Assembly (NCBI GenBank): GCA_965247095.1
Contig: OZ251997.1
Coordinates: 512,001 to 576,000, forward strand
Reading direction: 5' to 3'
DNA from: Candidatus Multivorans sp.
Lineage (GTDB): Bacteria > Acidobacteriota > Thermoanaerobaculia > Multivoradales > Multivoraceae
Length of the DNA stretch: 64,000 nucleotides
How positions within the stretch are numbered: position 1 is the stretch's first letter; every line of letters begins with the position of its first letter. Made by a program: the position numbers and the translations under genes. The notes beneath the pieces were generated by a model that made no database searches, was not told the DNA's origin, and saw only the letters and a list, made by a program, of their open reading frames with translations. Shown piece by piece: positions 10,826 to 21,034 of this stretch.

Positions 10826-12658
10826 TCAATCGACCCGGTCGAAGAAGCCGGCGTTCTCGCCGATGATCGGGACAACGAGCGCCCGGTCGAGATAGTCGTT
10901 CCTCATCTCGCAGGATGTCTCCGCCACCAGTGTGCAGCCGTGACACGCGGCGCCGTGAAGCCAGCGCTTCTCCGTGCTCGAATGCGGGACGTGCTGGGCG
11001 CAGACCGGGTCGTTCGAGCACAGGCTGCCGATATGCAGCGCCTGGCGGAGATGATCGCTTATGCCGCGGGCCTGTTGCACCAGACCGCCGAGTGTTCCCT
11101 CGGCGTCGGCGCTGGCCGTGTACAGCAGGAGTCCGTAGCGTTTCGCTGCGCCGTCGACGTAGATGCGCTCCCTGATCGACGCGGCCGGATAGCCGCAACG
11201 GAGGGCGAGGGACTGGATCAGCAGGTGCGACAGCGTGTGCAGAAGGACATAGGGACCACCGGGAAACGGCCGTTTGTCCGCGTTGGTTCGGTGCCCTTCG
11301 CCCCAGCGCTGGTGGCCGCTCTCGAGAGCCGCGCAACGGTCCTTGACTTCGTGTCTCTGGCGCCAGCTTGAAACGGCTGCCCCGCTCAGCAGCAGGAAGA
11401 TGCCCTCGCCGCGGTTCTCGACGGCGGGGAACCAGGACGGTTCGGAGGCGATCTCCGCTCGGACGACATCTGTCTCGTACTCGCCATCGATGTCGGGAGT
11501 GGCGGCCTCGAATCGGGTGAAGCCAGCGAGCGCCGACACCTCGCGCAGCCTGTGCACCTGGACAACGGCTTCGATCTGTTCCTTGAAGAAACCGCTCTCC
11601 CGCTGCCACACGAGCGCCGGAAGACGCCGCGCGTGGAAGTCGGGGTCGACCGGCACGTCGTCGCCGTAGCCCTCCGGGACCGCGAGCAGCGCGTCGAGTT
11701 CCGCGTACTTCACCGGCTGGTCCTCCGGGGCGCCGCCGCGGCGGCGCTCGACTGCGGAGAGGACGTCGGCGTCGTCGAACCCGTGCAGGGCCGCCATGAC
11801 CTTCGGGATGCCCTTGAGCAGGGCCAGGTTGTCCACGGTCTTGACGACCTGCAGCGTGTCCCACACGTCGGCCACCGCCTGATCGACTGCCGCTCTCTGC
11901 TCCGGTAGCGAAAGCACCGTAACCACCTGCGGAAACCAGGCGTTCGTCGCTGTGCGGATGAGCAGACGGCTTGGCTCTCCGCAGTCCTCGTTAGCGTGGC
12001 GTCCCAGCCACGGGCGGGCCCCGGTGCAATGCCCGAGCGGCCGGTTCTCGATCTCCTTCGCCTCGTGCATCCCGCGCCGCTTGCCGCAACTGCAGCGCAC
12101 GAACAGGTTCGAGAGGTCGCCGCCGGTGCCTTGCTCGTCAAGTTGGAGTTCGCCACGGCAACCGGACTTGCCGCCGTGGACGAAGTCGTACCAGTCGATG
12201 TCGTCGACGTGGCCGCGGGGGCAGCCTCTGACGAACCGGGTCGCGACTACGGCTTTTTTGTCGAACTTGCGTTTGTCGTCTAGAGCCGTGCGGTGAACAA
12301 GGCGTCGAGTCCTGCTCCTGCGCCCGGATGGACTGCTCCTGTCGCCATCGCCCTGCACCAGGAACCACTCTGGAAAGCGGGGCGACGTGATGCCTGGGGA
12401 GTTGGCGCCCGGACGGTCGGATGCCGCTGGCGGCGCGAACAGGCCCGGCGGCTTGCCACCGGCGAGCCCGCGCAGGCGGGCAGCAAGCCGCGGCTCGTCG
12501 ATCGCCTCGAGATGGTGCGTCCTGGGCCAGTAGTCGAGGCCGCCGACGATCGCCGAGTCGCTCGGAAGGTCGACCAGGGCGCCAGGCCCATACGTCGTGA
12601 CCACCTGGCTCCGCCGGACGCTGCCCGTGGGCGTGCTGCTGCTCCGGCTCCTTGCCAT
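10826..12658 (-). CDS. drmB: DISARM DUF1998 protein DrmB
   Basis: VRRSQVVTTYGPGALVD N-terminus; ENRGEGIF; HTLSHLLI; CSNDPVC...ACHGC...ETSCE Zn motif. Confidence 0.92.
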   Translation of the reverse strand: MARSRSSSTPTGSVRRSQVVTTYGPGALVDLPSDSAIVGGLDYWPRTHHLEAIDEPRLAARLRGLAGGKPPGLFAPPAASDRPGANSPGITSPRFPEWFLVQGDGDRSSPSGRRSRTRRLVHRTALDDKRKFDKKAVVATRFVRGCPRGHVDDIDWYDFVHGGKSGCRGELQLDEQGTGGDLSNLFVRCSCGKRRGMHEAKEIENRPLGHCTGARPWLGRHANEDCGEPSRLLIRTATNAWFPQVVTVLSLPEQRAAVDQAVADVWDTLQVVKTVDNLALLKGIPKVMAALHGFDDADVLSAVERRRGGAPEDQPVKYAELDALLAVPEGYGDDVPVDPDFHARRLPALVWQRESGFFKEQIEAVVQVHRLREVSALAGFTRFEAATPDIDGEYETDVVRAEIASEPSWFPAVENRGEGIFLLLSGAAVSSWRQRHEVKDRCAALESGHQRWGEGHRTNADKRPFPGGPYVLLHTLSHLLIQSLALRCGYPAASIRERIYVDGAAKRYGLLLYTASADAEGTLGGLVQQARGISDHLRQALHIGSLCSNDPVCAQHVPHSSTEKRWLHGAACHGCTLVAETSCEMRNDYLDRALVVPIIGENAGFFDRVD

Positions 12659-15600
12659 CAGCGGGACCCTCCGCCTACAGGATCCTGGATGTAGAGGTTC
12701 ACCTGAGGTTCGACGTCGCGCAGCGACCGGTTCACGCGGAACTTCCGGTGATGCGCGGACTCGAACTCCGTGTCCAGCATCTCCCGCAGGAGGGGTTTTC
12801 CACCCTGCCGCTCGTACTGCTGGTATTTCACTTCGGTCCCGACTTCGCGATAGCTGTCGACCACCCGTTGCCAGGAGTCGAGCAGGTCGCCGACCCGGTT
12901 CTGTACGCTCCGAAGCCTCTCCGCCAGGTCCTCTTCGTCCGCGAGCGGTTGGCTTCGGAGCCGGTCGGAGAAGGTCTCGATCAGGCGGCGTTCGAGCATG
13001 GCGCGGACCTCGGAGAGCCGCTCGACGCCTCGCGTTGGCGTCAGCGCCGGATCGGCATGGCGGGCGAGGGCCACGAAGGCGCCGGCCATCCCGCGGTCGA
13101 GAGCCCGGGCGGCGAACGGCGTGACGCTCCCCGCCTCGACCCAGCGGTAGAACGTCTCGTGGTAGTGGCGGAAGCGCTCGTAGTGGGAGCGGTCCCGCGG
13201 CTTGTGGACATTGAGCAGCGTGATCACGAGGCCGGGTCGCGCGTCGTCGCGGCCCACGCGGCTGGTGGCCTGGATGTACTCGGCGTTCGTCTTCGGTTGT
13301 CCCATCACGACCATCAGGCCGAGACGCTGGATGTCTAGGCCGACCGAGATCATGTTCGTCGCCAGGGCGTAGTGGACCCGGTCGCCTTCGTGGAACGCCA
13401 AGCCGAGTCGCCGCCGGGCCCGGGCGACGGCGGCGGTCGAGACCCGCGAGGTCAGCTCCAGGGGGTCGAACGAGGCTTTGCGGTCCCGGAAGTACCTCCG
13501 CTCCTGTCCGAGCCTCAATCTGGCCCCGTAGCCTCGAAGCGTGTTCTGGACCTCCTCCTCGACGATCCGGCGCGCGCCGCCGAGTTCGCGCAGGCTGTTG
13601 AAGTAGGCCAGGACGGTCATGTACGGATCGGCCGGATTGGTCTTGTTCGCCCTGCCTCCAGCGTCGACGTAGGCCTTCTCGGCCGCGGCCATGAGCGGCA
13701 GCAGGAGTCTTCGCATCGTGACCTTCGCGTTTCTGCCCGGCGAGGCGATTCCGACGTAAAGCCGAGCGGGTCTCTCGGTGGGCGGCTTGACCTGGGCGAA
13801 GAAGGAATCACGACGGCTCGGGCCCGGCGGCGGAAAGACCTGGGTCATCGAGCGGCCGAAGAGGGCGCGGATCTGGTCCTGCGCCTGCCTCGCGGTCGCG
13901 GTGGAGGCGACGATTTTGGGCCTTGCAGCGCGACCGCTCGAGCGGTGAAGCGAGAGCGCTTCGATCGCCGTTTCGTAGAGCCCGGTCATCGAGCCGAGGG
14001 GGCCGGCGATCAGGTGCAACTCGTCCTGGACGATCAGGTCCGGCGGCGGCAGCGGCGAGGGCATTGGCCGGCCCCGACCCGGTTCGGCGGCGCCGTAGAA
14101 ACCGTGTTCGTCGAACCGGTCGGCGTTGCCGAGGAGCGCGCCCGACCGCGCTTCCCACGGCAACGCCGCAAACTTGTCGACTGTGGCGATCAGGAAGCAG
14201 GGCAGGCGGCGGTACAACGGCTCGTCGACGGCGACGATGGGCAGGGCGCGGTCGCCGGCGAAGTCGCACTCCCAGTTGGCGCACACCACGCGCAGGTTGC
14301 GGGGTTCGTCCGCGTTTGGTTCGAGCGAGAACGAATCGGGCTCGAACTTCGTGCCGCACCAGGGGCAGTCTTCAAGGGGGATGGGGGACGGTTCGTACTT
14401 CGGCTTCTTCTTGTAGCGGTTCGTCTTCGCGCGAGCCGAGGCGCTGTTGGCGTCGCCCTTGCGGCCGAGCACGTTGGGCGTCGCCGCCTTCCCGACCCAG
14501 AGACCGATCTCGAACGGCCACTCGCCGTAGCGTTCGGGCGCCCGGTCCCGCTCCAGCTCGAGCGCGCAGATCAGCCCCGCTGCCCGGGCCAACTGGTCCA
14601 GGGTCAGCAGGCGCAGCGTGTAGCGCATGATGACCGAGACCCCCGCGCCCGCTCGGCCGCCCGCTTCCGGGTGGCGCAGCCGCCGCAGGACGATGGCGAA
14701 GGCCGCCAGACCCAGGTAGGCCTCCGTCTTGCCGCCGCCAGTGGGAAAGAAGAGGAGATCCACGACCTCCCGGTGGCGGTCGTCTGGATCCGCCAGTGGG
14801 GCGAGGTTCAGCAGGATGAAGGCGAGCTGGAAGGCGCGCCACCTGGGGCCTTCGTCCTCGAAGCCGCTGGGATTTCGGCGCCGGAGGGCCCCTGCTATGG
14901 CCCGGTTGGCGACCCGGAACGCGTCCAGGGCCTGTTCGTCTCTACAGAGAGCCGCGATGCCCCGTTCCATCCGGGAGGCGGCGAACTCGGCGCGGCGCAG
15001 AAGCTCCTCGGCTGTCTCCCGGTGGTCCATGTCGAAGGCCGCAGGTTCGGCGCGACGCTCTCCGATCCACTCGCGGTAGGCGGCGAGGAGAGGTTGGAGT
15101 GCCCGCTCGGCCTCGCCGCCGGTGGCCAGCTCGCCGAGCCGGTCCATGGACAGGTCGACGCCTTCCGGTTCGAACGTCTCCGTCTTCTCGACTTCCGCCT
15201 GAGGGATCCAGGCGGTGCGGACCAGGCGGCAACCGCCGTCGTCGTCCGCGTTCCACTGAGCCGAGACGTTGTGGCCGGTGGCGTACCGGGGCGCGCCGGC
15301 GTAGTGCAGGGCGGCGACCTGTTCATCCCAATCGTCGCCCAGGGCCGGGCGGGGATCGGGACGTGGCAGGAACGGGCGGTCGCTCCACACTTCGATCTCG
15401 GCCTGGAACGCGTAGGTGGTCTCGGCTTCGTCGAGCGAGGCCGCCGGCTGCCGGTTGTTGACCAGGAAGACGGCGACCGAGCGGGCGCCCGGCGGGATCG
15501 TCGAGATCCCCGTGACGAGCCTCCGCTCCACGTGGAGCTGCAAGCCGCCCGAGGCGGGGACATCGTGAAGCGTCGCTCCTTCGCCCGCCACGAGTTCGAC

Positions 15601-16059
15601 CGCGACGACCTCCTCTCGCGGCGTCCGCTGCCAGCAGCGACGGCCCTTGCCCGAATCGTCGACTGCGTCAGTGACCTCGTAGTCTCCCCAGCGCACGGTG
15701 ATCCGAAGCGTCGTGTCCGCAGCCAGGAAGCTCAGCCCGATCGAAGACGGAAAGAACGCCTTCTTCGCTGCCTTTCGGTCCTCGGTGGATTCCTCGGCGA
15801 GGCCGGCTCGCTCTGGGACCTCGTCGAGGTCGTCGTCGTCCTCGTCGGCGCCCGCGTCTAGCTCGGGCGGCGTGTCGGACGGAATCAGGAAGCCGGTGAG
15901 GTACCAGTTCGATGGCGATTCGTAGATCGGCAAGCGCTCGCGGGCGAGTTCGTGGCCGGCGCCGGGGCCGACGAGGTCGACTTTGAGGGCGTCGACGAGG
16001 TCCTGGCGCACGTCCAGAGAGCTTGTCGCCGCCGGAACGGCGGCGCCGGCTTCGGTCAT
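12658..16059 (-). CDS. drmA: DISARM SF2 helicase DrmA
   Basis: WRAFQLAF, FPTGGGKTEAY, RYTLRLLTLDQ, QDELH, ATNMISVGLDI, YIQATSRVGR, SLRDVE; stop overlaps drmB start (TGATG). Confidence 0.92.
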   Translation of the reverse strand: MTEAGAAVPAATSSLDVRQDLVDALKVDLVGPGAGHELARERLPIYESPSNWYLTGFLIPSDTPPELDAGADEDDDDLDEVPERAGLAEESTEDRKAAKKAFFPSSIGLSFLAADTTLRITVRWGDYEVTDAVDDSGKGRRCWQRTPREEVVAVELVAGEGATLHDVPASGGLQLHVERRLVTGISTIPPGARSVAVFLVNNRQPAASLDEAETTYAFQAEIEVWSDRPFLPRPDPRPALGDDWDEQVAALHYAGAPRYATGHNVSAQWNADDDGGCRLVRTAWIPQAEVEKTETFEPEGVDLSMDRLGELATGGEAERALQPLLAAYREWIGERRAEPAAFDMDHRETAEELLRRAEFAASRMERGIAALCRDEQALDAFRVANRAIAGALRRRNPSGFEDEGPRWRAFQLAFILLNLAPLADPDDRHREVVDLLFFPTGGGKTEAYLGLAAFAIVLRRLRHPEAGGRAGAGVSVIMRYTLRLLTLDQLARAAGLICALELERDRAPERYGEWPFEIGLWVGKAATPNVLGRKGDANSASARAKTNRYKKKPKYEPSPIPLEDCPWCGTKFEPDSFSLEPNADEPRNLRVVCANWECDFAGDRALPIVAVDEPLYRRLPCFLIATVDKFAALPWEARSGALLGNADRFDEHGFYGAAEPGRGRPMPSPLPPPDLIVQDELHLIAGPLGSMTGLYETAIEALSLHRSSGRAARPKIVASTATARQAQDQIRALFGRSMTQVFPPPGPSRRDSFFAQVKPPTERPARLYVGIASPGRNAKVTMRRLLLPLMAAAEKAYVDAGGRANKTNPADPYMTVLAYFNSLRELGGARRIVEEEVQNTLRGYGARLRLGQERRYFRDRKASFDPLELTSRVSTAAVARARRRLGLAFHEGDRVHYALATNMISVGLDIQRLGLMVVMGQPKTNAEYIQATSRVGRDDARPGLVITLLNVHKPRDRSHYERFRHYHETFYRWVEAGSVTPFAARALDRGMAGAFVALARHADPALTPTRGVERLSEVRAMLERRLIETFSDRLRSQPLADEEDLAERLRSVQNRVGDLLDSWQRVVDSYREVGTEVKYQQYERQGGKPLLREMLDTEFESAHHRKFRVNRSLRDVEPQVNLYIQDPVGGGSR

Positions 16060-16062
16060 GCG

Positions 16063-16653
16063 CTATGTCCCTCGTGATTCCCGAAGCAGCGAGGTCACGT
16101 CGCGCCACAGTTTGTCGAAGGATGGTGCGGTTCGTGCCGCGTCCAGGTCGAAGGCGGCCGTGAACTTGGGCTGATGACGTGTGGGGTGGTAGGTCGCGCC
16201 GCGCAGCACGTTCTGGCTAAGCCATCCCTTGGCGTCCTTGATCGATTCCGGATTCGGGGGCGGCTTCGCTTCGACGCCATGCTTCTCCGCGATCGAGGAG
16301 GTGGCGGCAAGAAACCAGGCCTCGTACTCGGTCTTGGCCAGTACGGCGCGGATGGGGCGATCCGCTCGCGCGAGTCTGGCGCGCCGAAGCAACTCGATGC
16401 CGAGCTCCGCCGGACAGTCGTTGTCCGCATCCAGCAGGATCAGGATGGCGCCGTTGGGACCGGCCTGTCTGGCAGCGAACTCAACGTAGCGTTCCAGCTC
16501 TCCAGGCTTCACTATGCGTTGACGCTTCACTCGAATCGGCCGGTGAATCCGCATCAAAGAGTGGGGCGAGACGTTTTCCGCGACCCGCCGGAGCAGGATG
16601 GGCATGGCCTTGACTTCGCCGTGGCCCTCGACAATGGAAGCGATCTGGAGCAC
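16063..16653 (-). CDS. DUF4276-family TOPRIM-like protein
   Basis: IVEGHGE...ILLDAD, EYEAWFLA, PESIKDAK, PSFDKL; 3 nt from upstream ATPase and 3 nt from drmA. Confidence 0.75.
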   Translation of the reverse strand: MLQIASIVEGHGEVKAMPILLRRVAENVSPHSLMRIHRPIRVKRQRIVKPGELERYVEFAARQAGPNGAILILLDADNDCPAELGIELLRRARLARADRPIRAVLAKTEYEAWFLAATSSIAEKHGVEAKPPPNPESIKDAKGWLSQNVLRGATYHPTRHQPKFTAAFDLDAARTAPSFDKLWRDVTSLLRESRGT

Positions 16654-16656
16654 GGC

Positions 16657-17868
16657 TCAGGGCTCGGTGCCGAACAGCCTGATCTGCCCGGGCTTCGGGC
16701 TCGACATGGTCGGATCTGGATCGATCTGGTCCATTCTCAGTAGCTCGCCGGCTGTGAACAGCTTGTCCTTAAGCACTGAGCGCCCGGCCTCGTCCAAGGG
16801 GCCGATACGGGTCTCCCCGTGTGCGGCGCGAACCGCGATGATCGAATCGGCCGGGATCTCGTCGTCGTCGAGAAGGTCGGGGCTGTGGCTGGTCACGAGA
16901 ATCTGAATGTGCTCGGCGGCATCGCGAAGACTGTCGATGAGAACCCCGGCAGCCGCGGGATGGAGCGCCAATTCCGGTTCCTCGATCCCCACAAGCCCCG
17001 GCATGGCGCGTCCGTTGCCGGCGCCCTGGAAGACCGCCACCAGGATGCCCAAGGCCCGGAGCGTGCCGTCCGACATGTTGCTTGCCTCGAACTTCCAGGG
17101 GTGCTTCGCGCCACGGACTTCCTGGCGGAACTCGAGGGTCTCTCTGGAACCTGCCATCTTGCGCCCAACGCCGGTGATTCCCGGTACGACGGTCCCCAGG
17201 TAGTCCTGGATTCGCCGCTTGGACTCGGGTGACCGTGCCGTGAGATTGGCCAGCACGCTCGCGATATTGCTGCCGTCCCGATTCAGGAGTTCGCCGGGGT
17301 CTGGCGGCTGAGGTTGCCGGATCTCCTGCGGGTTCAGACTGTAGAAGCCGATGGTGGACAGCGCCTCGTAGACGCGGCGGAAGGACTCGTGGCCAGACAC
17401 GTTGACCAGGTACAGCCGGTCCGACGCAGCGAGGGGGCCGATTAGCAGGGTGCTCTTCCTGACCTGACCCTTCTCCACGTTGTAGTAGTCGGAATCCCCG
17501 CCGTTGCGAGGCACCACCAGGCACTCTTCGCGCTGGACTTCGTATCCTCCCGGCCTTCTTGCAGCCACCGTGAATGCGTAGTGCCCGTGGGATTCCTCCA
17601 GATCGAGCTCTACGCGAATCCCGAAGTGCGTCGGATGGCCGCCAGACCTCCGTCGCACGTCGTTGATTCCACCGCGGTCGCGCAATGCGTGGTCGATCGA
17701 GTACCGAAGCGAGTCCCGTAGAAAGCAGAGAGCATCGAGGAAATTGCTCTTCCCCGAGCCGTTCGGCCCGAGAAGGAAGCACAGGTTCGCCGGCGACACG
17801 TCGCACGCGGCGATGCTCTTGTAGTTGCGCAGCGCAACCCGGGTCAGCAGGCGGCGGTCGGCGGTCAC
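16657..17868 (-). CDS. ABC/SMC-like ATPase (AAA_21 type)
   Basis: LRNYKSI, GPNGSGKSN (Walker A), MSDGT (signature), IEEPE (Walker B), LVTSHSP (H-loop); GTG start at 17868 inferred. Confidence 0.85.
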   Translation of the reverse strand: MTADRRLLTRVALRNYKSIAACDVSPANLCFLLGPNGSGKSNFLDALCFLRDSLRYSIDHALRDRGGINDVRRRSGGHPTHFGIRVELDLEESHGHYAFTVAARRPGGYEVQREECLVVPRNGGDSDYYNVEKGQVRKSTLLIGPLAASDRLYLVNVSGHESFRRVYEALSTIGFYSLNPQEIRQPQPPDPGELLNRDGSNIASVLANLTARSPESKRRIQDYLGTVVPGITGVGRKMAGSRETLEFRQEVRGAKHPWKFEASNMSDGTLRALGILVAVFQGAGNGRAMPGLVGIEEPELALHPAAAGVLIDSLRDAAEHIQILVTSHSPDLLDDDEIPADSIIAVRAAHGETRIGPLDEAGRSVLKDKLFTAGELLRMDQIDPDPTMSSPKPGQIRLFGTEP

Positions 17869-18119
17869 GCTGTCTCGCCCGCGTTGCGCCGTGGGCTCCG
17901 CCGCCGTGGCGCTCCGGCGCTTGAGCCTTGATTGGCGGCGGTCCATTGGACTGGGCGCTCCGGTCGTCGCTCGGAACTGCTGAGGACGCGCCCGCTCATG
18001 CGGGGAGTCTAGTCGTAGCGAGTGTCGGGTCGTAGGGTCGTCGGCTTGATTTCCGCTCTGTTTGCGCTTACTCTCGGGCTCCGGCCCGGGTGACGACCTA
18101 CGCAGCCTGACGAAGACCA

Positions 18120-18845
18120 ATGTCCGACAACAGCACGATCGAGTGGACCGATGCCACCTGGAACCCGGTCCGCGGCTGCACCAAGGTCAGTTCGGGTTGT
18201 GCCCACTGCTACGCGGAGAGGTTCTCGGAACGCTTCCGCGGCGTTCGGAACCACCCCTTCGAGCAGGGGTTCGACCTTCGGCGGGTCCCGGAGAAGCTCG
18301 ACCAACCCCGCCGTTGGCGCCGGCCACGGCGCGTGTTCGTCAACTCCATGAGCGACCTCTTCCACCCGCAGGTCCCCGAGTCGTACATCGCCGACGTGGG
18401 ACACGTGATGGGCGAGGTCCGTAGGCACACCTACCAGGTCCTCACCAAACGGCACGAGCGAATGGAGGATCTCCTCTCCGGCCCCCTCGCCTGGATGGGC
18501 GAACTTCCCAACGTGTGGTTCGGCGTGAGCGTCGAGAATCGCCGCCAGGGCCTGCCGCGGCTCGAAGCCCTGCGGCGAACTCCCGCCGCGGTCCGCTTCG
18601 CCTCCGTCGAGCCGCTGCTCGAGGACCTGGGCGACTTCGACCTGACCGGCATCGACTGGGTCATCGTGGGTGGCGAGAGCGGGCCAGGAGCGCGACCGAT
18701 GGAGGAAGCGTGGGTGGTCAACGTCCTTCGCCAATGCCGGCGAGACGGCGTGCCCTTCTTCTTCAAGCAGTGGGGCGGCGTGCACAAGCACCGGAACGGG
18801 CGGTTGCTCGGGGGGAGGACGTACGACGAGTCTCCGGTGAACTGA
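18120..18845 (+). CDS. DUF5131 (phage Gp37/Gp68-like) three-Cys protein
   Basis: IEWTDATWNPVRGCTKVSSGCAHCYAE, FVNSMSDLFH, LTKR, WVIVGGESG, FFFKQWGG. Confidence 0.9.
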   Translation: MSDNSTIEWTDATWNPVRGCTKVSSGCAHCYAERFSERFRGVRNHPFEQGFDLRRVPEKLDQPRRWRRPRRVFVNSMSDLFHPQVPESYIADVGHVMGEVRRHTYQVLTKRHERMEDLLSGPLAWMGELPNVWFGVSVENRRQGLPRLEALRRTPAAVRFASVEPLLEDLGDFDLTGIDWVIVGGESGPGARPMEEAWVVNVLRQCRRDGVPFFFKQWGGVHKHRNGRLLGGRTYDESPVN

Positions 18846-19093
18846 GGAACGGTCGGGGGCGGTGATGGTGGGGTTTCGGGTCTTGAGAGGAAGCCGCCAA
18901 CGCGGTCTACTTGGGCCACCTCTTGAGCGCCATGTTCAGAGCGAGTCGTTCGCGCCGGCTCGCCTCGTCGGGCTCCTCAAACCCGAGGGACCGGAGCCGC
19001 TCCTCGCGGTCGCGGGTCCGTTGTGTGTCAGCGTCGCCCAAGGACCTGTCGGATACCGGAGGGGTTCGCTATGACGGCAGCGTCCAGCCTAGC

Positions 19094-21033
19094 CCGAAGT
19101 TCTGGTGCCCAAGTCGTGAAACTCCTGCAATGACGGTGTTTTTTTGGAAATGGGTGTGTTGTGTACTGGGTACGGTTGGTCAAGGTCGGAGGTTGAGGAG
19201 GCTGAATGCCTCGGCCTGGAGGGGTGTTGGTCTGGCCAGGACATCCGCGGTGGCGTTCTCCTGGCCCTGCATTCGGACGCGATTTCGGGTCAGGGTGGCG
19301 AGGTCGGCGATCAGGGTCTGGAAGCTGTGGACGGGTAGTCCTTGCGGTGTGCGCTTGCCGCTCGCCTTGGGGCGGGCTGCGGGGGACCGGCGAGCCGGCT
19401 GTACGGGCGAGGAGCGTTCGTCCCTTGGGTCGTCGTCGTCGAAGAGCAAGGGAGCGAGAAGGCGTCGCATGTGCCACTCGACGTAGTAGGCGAGCATGCA
19501 CAGAAAGACGTGGGCTCGCACTCTGTCGGCCAGGCGATGGTGGACGGGCCGGACCTTGAGGTCGACGCTCTTGTAGCTGCGGAAGGCGCGCTCGACGCGG
19601 CTGAGGCTCTTGTAGGCCCGGACCGCCTCCGGCGCCGGGAGGTCGGCCTCGGCCACGTTGGTGCGGATGACGTAGAAGCCGTCGAGGGCGGCCTCTTCGG
19701 CGATCCGCGTCTGATTGCGGCAGTAGCGGAAGCCGTCTTCGTCGATCTCGGTGTCGAAGTGCTTGCCGACCTTGTGGGCGCGCAGGGCGCGGTCGGCGCG
19801 GGCGGCGATCTTGTCCTTGCCCCGCAGGGGGCGCTGTGGGCGCCTTGTCGCTTCGGCGACGGCCTCCAGCTTGCGCTCGGTGGCGTCGAGAAGCTCCTGG
19901 CGCTTGCGGCGCCGCCTGGTTGCCAGCAGCGGGTTCCGGCACACGATCAGCCGCTCTGCGGGGTACAGCTCGGGGGCGCTCAGTTCGGCCATGTCCCGTT
20001 CGTCGAAGATCGACAGTTGCAGGTGGCCCTGCTGCACCAGGGTGCGGATCGCGGGCGCGCGCAGGGCGGTGATCCACGACAGGCCGCCGGGTTCGAGGTC
20101 TTCGCGGATGCGGGCGCTGGTGAGCAGGCCCCGATCGCCGACCATGACCACGCGGTCGAGCGAGAAGCGCTCGTTGAGCTTCTGCACTTGGGCACTCAGC
20201 GTGCCGGGATCGGCGGTGTTGCCTTCGAAGACCTCGACCGCGACCGGGCATCCGTCCCGGTTGCAGAGCAGCGCGAAGACGATCTGGGGCTTGCCCGGCT
20301 TGCCGTCCTTGGAGTACCCGCGCCGGGCGAGGGCGCATTTCGCGCCCTCGAAGTAGACCGAGGTCACGTCGCACAAGACGAGGCAACCGTCTTTGAGGTG
20401 CTGTTCGGCCAGCCGTCGCTCGATGCGTTGCTGCCGTTTGAGCAGCCAATCCATGGCGGAGTAGAGCTCGTCGGCGCCCGCCTCCTCGACTCCGAGTTCC
20501 TCGCCGAGGGTGTGGGACGAGGTCTCGCTTGAGAGTCCGCGTGCGGTGGCGAGCTTGGAGCGAGGTTCGAGGATGCGGGCGATGATCATGGCGAGCGCGA
20601 GCGCCCGTTCGCGCGAGGGTCGGCGGTCGAGGAGTGTCTCGAGGCCGCGTCGTCGCGCGGCGCCGAGCGTGGCGGCGACATGACCGTGGGGCCTGGAGCG
20701 CAGGATTTCGAAGGCGGAGTCGAGGGAGGGCAGTGCGACGCCGCCCTTGAGGAGAGTGCGCAGGCCCTCGACGAGATGATCGGGCCACTTGGAGAGGTTG
20801 GCGAGTGTCCGTTTGCAGACTCTTCCGTGGTCTCGGTAGGACTCGCGCAGGAGCACGGCGGGTGGCGAGTTGCGGTTGGGTACGCGTTCGATGTACATGG
20901 CTTCTATTGTAGCTTCATCATGTCTCCATATCTACCACACTTGACCATACTACATGGGTACATTATGCGGCCCGAAAACCGTAAAACCCTAGGCGCGGCA
21001 ACGATCCGCGACACTCAGGCCCCAGAACTTCGG
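19094..21033 (-). mobile_element. IS1634-family insertion sequence
   Basis: 21-bp terminal IRs CCGAAGTTCTGGTGCCCAAGT (19094-19114) and ACTCAGGCCCCAGAACTTCGG (21013-21033), 18/21 matching; flanks CCTAGC / CTTAGC (imperfect DR). Confidence 0.85.
19180..20898 (-). CDS. IS1634-family DDE transposase
   Basis: MYIERVPNRNSPPAVLLRESYR N-terminus; CDVTSVYFEG, RGYSKD, VGDRG, VERAFR, RVRAHVFLCMLAYY. Confidence 0.92.
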   Translation of the reverse strand: MYIERVPNRNSPPAVLLRESYRDHGRVCKRTLANLSKWPDHLVEGLRTLLKGGVALPSLDSAFEILRSRPHGHVAATLGAARRRGLETLLDRRPSRERALALAMIIARILEPRSKLATARGLSSETSSHTLGEELGVEEAGADELYSAMDWLLKRQQRIERRLAEQHLKDGCLVLCDVTSVYFEGAKCALARRGYSKDGKPGKPQIVFALLCNRDGCPVAVEVFEGNTADPGTLSAQVQKLNERFSLDRVVMVGDRGLLTSARIREDLEPGGLSWITALRAPAIRTLVQQGHLQLSIFDERDMAELSAPELYPAERLIVCRNPLLATRRRRKRQELLDATERKLEAVAEATRRPQRPLRGKDKIAARADRALRAHKVGKHFDTEIDEDGFRYCRNQTRIAEEAALDGFYVIRTNVAEADLPAPEAVRAYKSLSRVERAFRSYKSVDLKVRPVHHRLADRVRAHVFLCMLAYYVEWHMRRLLAPLLFDDDDPRDERSSPVQPARRSPAARPKASGKRTPQGLPVHSFQTLIADLATLTRNRVRMQGQENATADVLARPTPLQAEAFSLLNLRP

Positions 21034-21034
21034 C

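Noticed and set aside
10812-11864. 616-aa ORF suggesting a long N-terminal extension of DrmC
   Set aside because: The extension overlaps drmB in another frame and is Arg/Pro-rich junk; the real start is 10811.
13372-15861. Long opposite-strand ORFs (also 26564-29473, 30219-32342, 42933-44795, 57780-60365)
   Set aside because: Antisense shadows expected in high-GC coding DNA; no motifs.
18120-18845. Prophage suggested by the Gp37/Gp68-like gene
   Set aside because: No structural, terminase or integrase genes in the window.
18905-19093. Gene fragment (DREERLRSLGFEEP...KRWPK*) possibly interrupted by the IS
   Set aside because: An in-frame stop lies before the IS boundary and there is no recognisable family.
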